From: Acidimicrobiia bacterium
GTDB taxonomy: Bacteria > Actinomycetota > Acidimicrobiia > Spongiisociales > ZC4RG35
Reading direction: 5' to 3'
Length of the DNA stretch: 55,649 nt
Assembly (NCBI GenBank): GCA_040905925.1
Contig: JBBDQO010000018.1
Span: 1 to 55,649, forward strand
The position numbers were made by a program, and so were the translations under genes. Shown here piece by piece: positions 55,594-55,649 of this stretch. Each line of letters begins with the position of its first letter. Position 1 is the first letter of the stretch. The notes under the pieces were generated by a model. The model was not told the origin of the DNA. It ran no database searches and saw nothing but the letters and a program-made list of their open reading frames with translations.

Positions 55594-55649
55594 TCAGGAG
55601 CGGCAGCTGTTTCTCCCCCCAGGAGCGGCAGCGACGTTGGGGGGAGTGG
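55594..55649. repeat. REP-like element after nuoL, related in inverted orientation to the nuoF-nuoG hairpin. Runs to the window edge.
   Basis: CAGGAGCGGCAGC occurs twice (55594-, 55620-). Hairpin CTCCCCCCA (55613-55621) / TGGGGGGAG (55638-55646). The reverse complement ACTCCCCCCAACG-N12-CTGGGGGGAGAA matches 48611-48648, which has N13. Confidence 0.75.

Noticed and set aside
48540-55649. CRISPR-like reading of the repeated G6/C6 hairpins
   Set aside because: There are only two or three short, irregularly spaced copies. They lie in different loci and orientations, with no regular repeat-spacer periodicity and no cas genes.

Overview
This is a 55.6-kb, high-GC, almost fully coding chromosomal window. 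I infer an Actinomycetota origin, possibly Acidimicrobiia-like, from an mshA-like gene followed by a YbjN-like gene, rex, NrdR boxes and an RsiG-like protein. No rRNA, tRNA, CRISPR array, transposase or integrase was seen.

Gene content, left to right:
- An intein-containing class II ribonucleotide reductase gene (nrdJ). Its frame is open-ended, so it is absent from the ORF track. It has a SigA-type promoter and tandem NrdR boxes.
- dps, then an ECF sigma factor with a membrane-anchored Asp-box protein.
- A PspC/LiaF-like envelope module.
- lutABC, a hydrolase and a quinone oxidoreductase.
- A MoaD/ThiS-like domain fused to a polytopic membrane domain.
- A fluoride riboswitch controlling two crcB genes and a DUF190 gene.
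- An M23 peptidase, then an RsiG-like protein with two c-di-GMP-type motifs.
- An asparaginase-II-like gene, a GNAT gene, mshA and a YbjN-like gene.
- A CAP-domain protein, a Clp1-like kinase, a DUF62 SAM hydrolase and a glutaredoxin-like protein.
- A large respiratory block, made up of a CcoNOP-like operon, a divergent seven-gene Rieske/split-cytochrome-b operon, rex, and nuoA-L.

Most notable observations:
- The CcoN-like catalytic subunit has lost all six heme/CuB histidine ligands, while its two cytochrome c partners keep CxxCH.
- A ~25-45 aa N-terminal module is shared by three respiratory subunits in two divergent operons.
- The Rieske/cytochrome b operon has a b6/subunit-IV split and an embedded 2x[4Fe-4S] ferredoxin.
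- nuoD and nuoE are separated by a 4.3-kb accessory cassette. It is bounded by 36-bp inverted repeats that look like a split intergenic palindrome.
- REP-like C-run/G-run hairpins sit in the nuoF-nuoG and post-nuoL gaps.

All calls rest on reading the translations and DNA by eye. No database search was run. Canonical motifs are quoted from memory.
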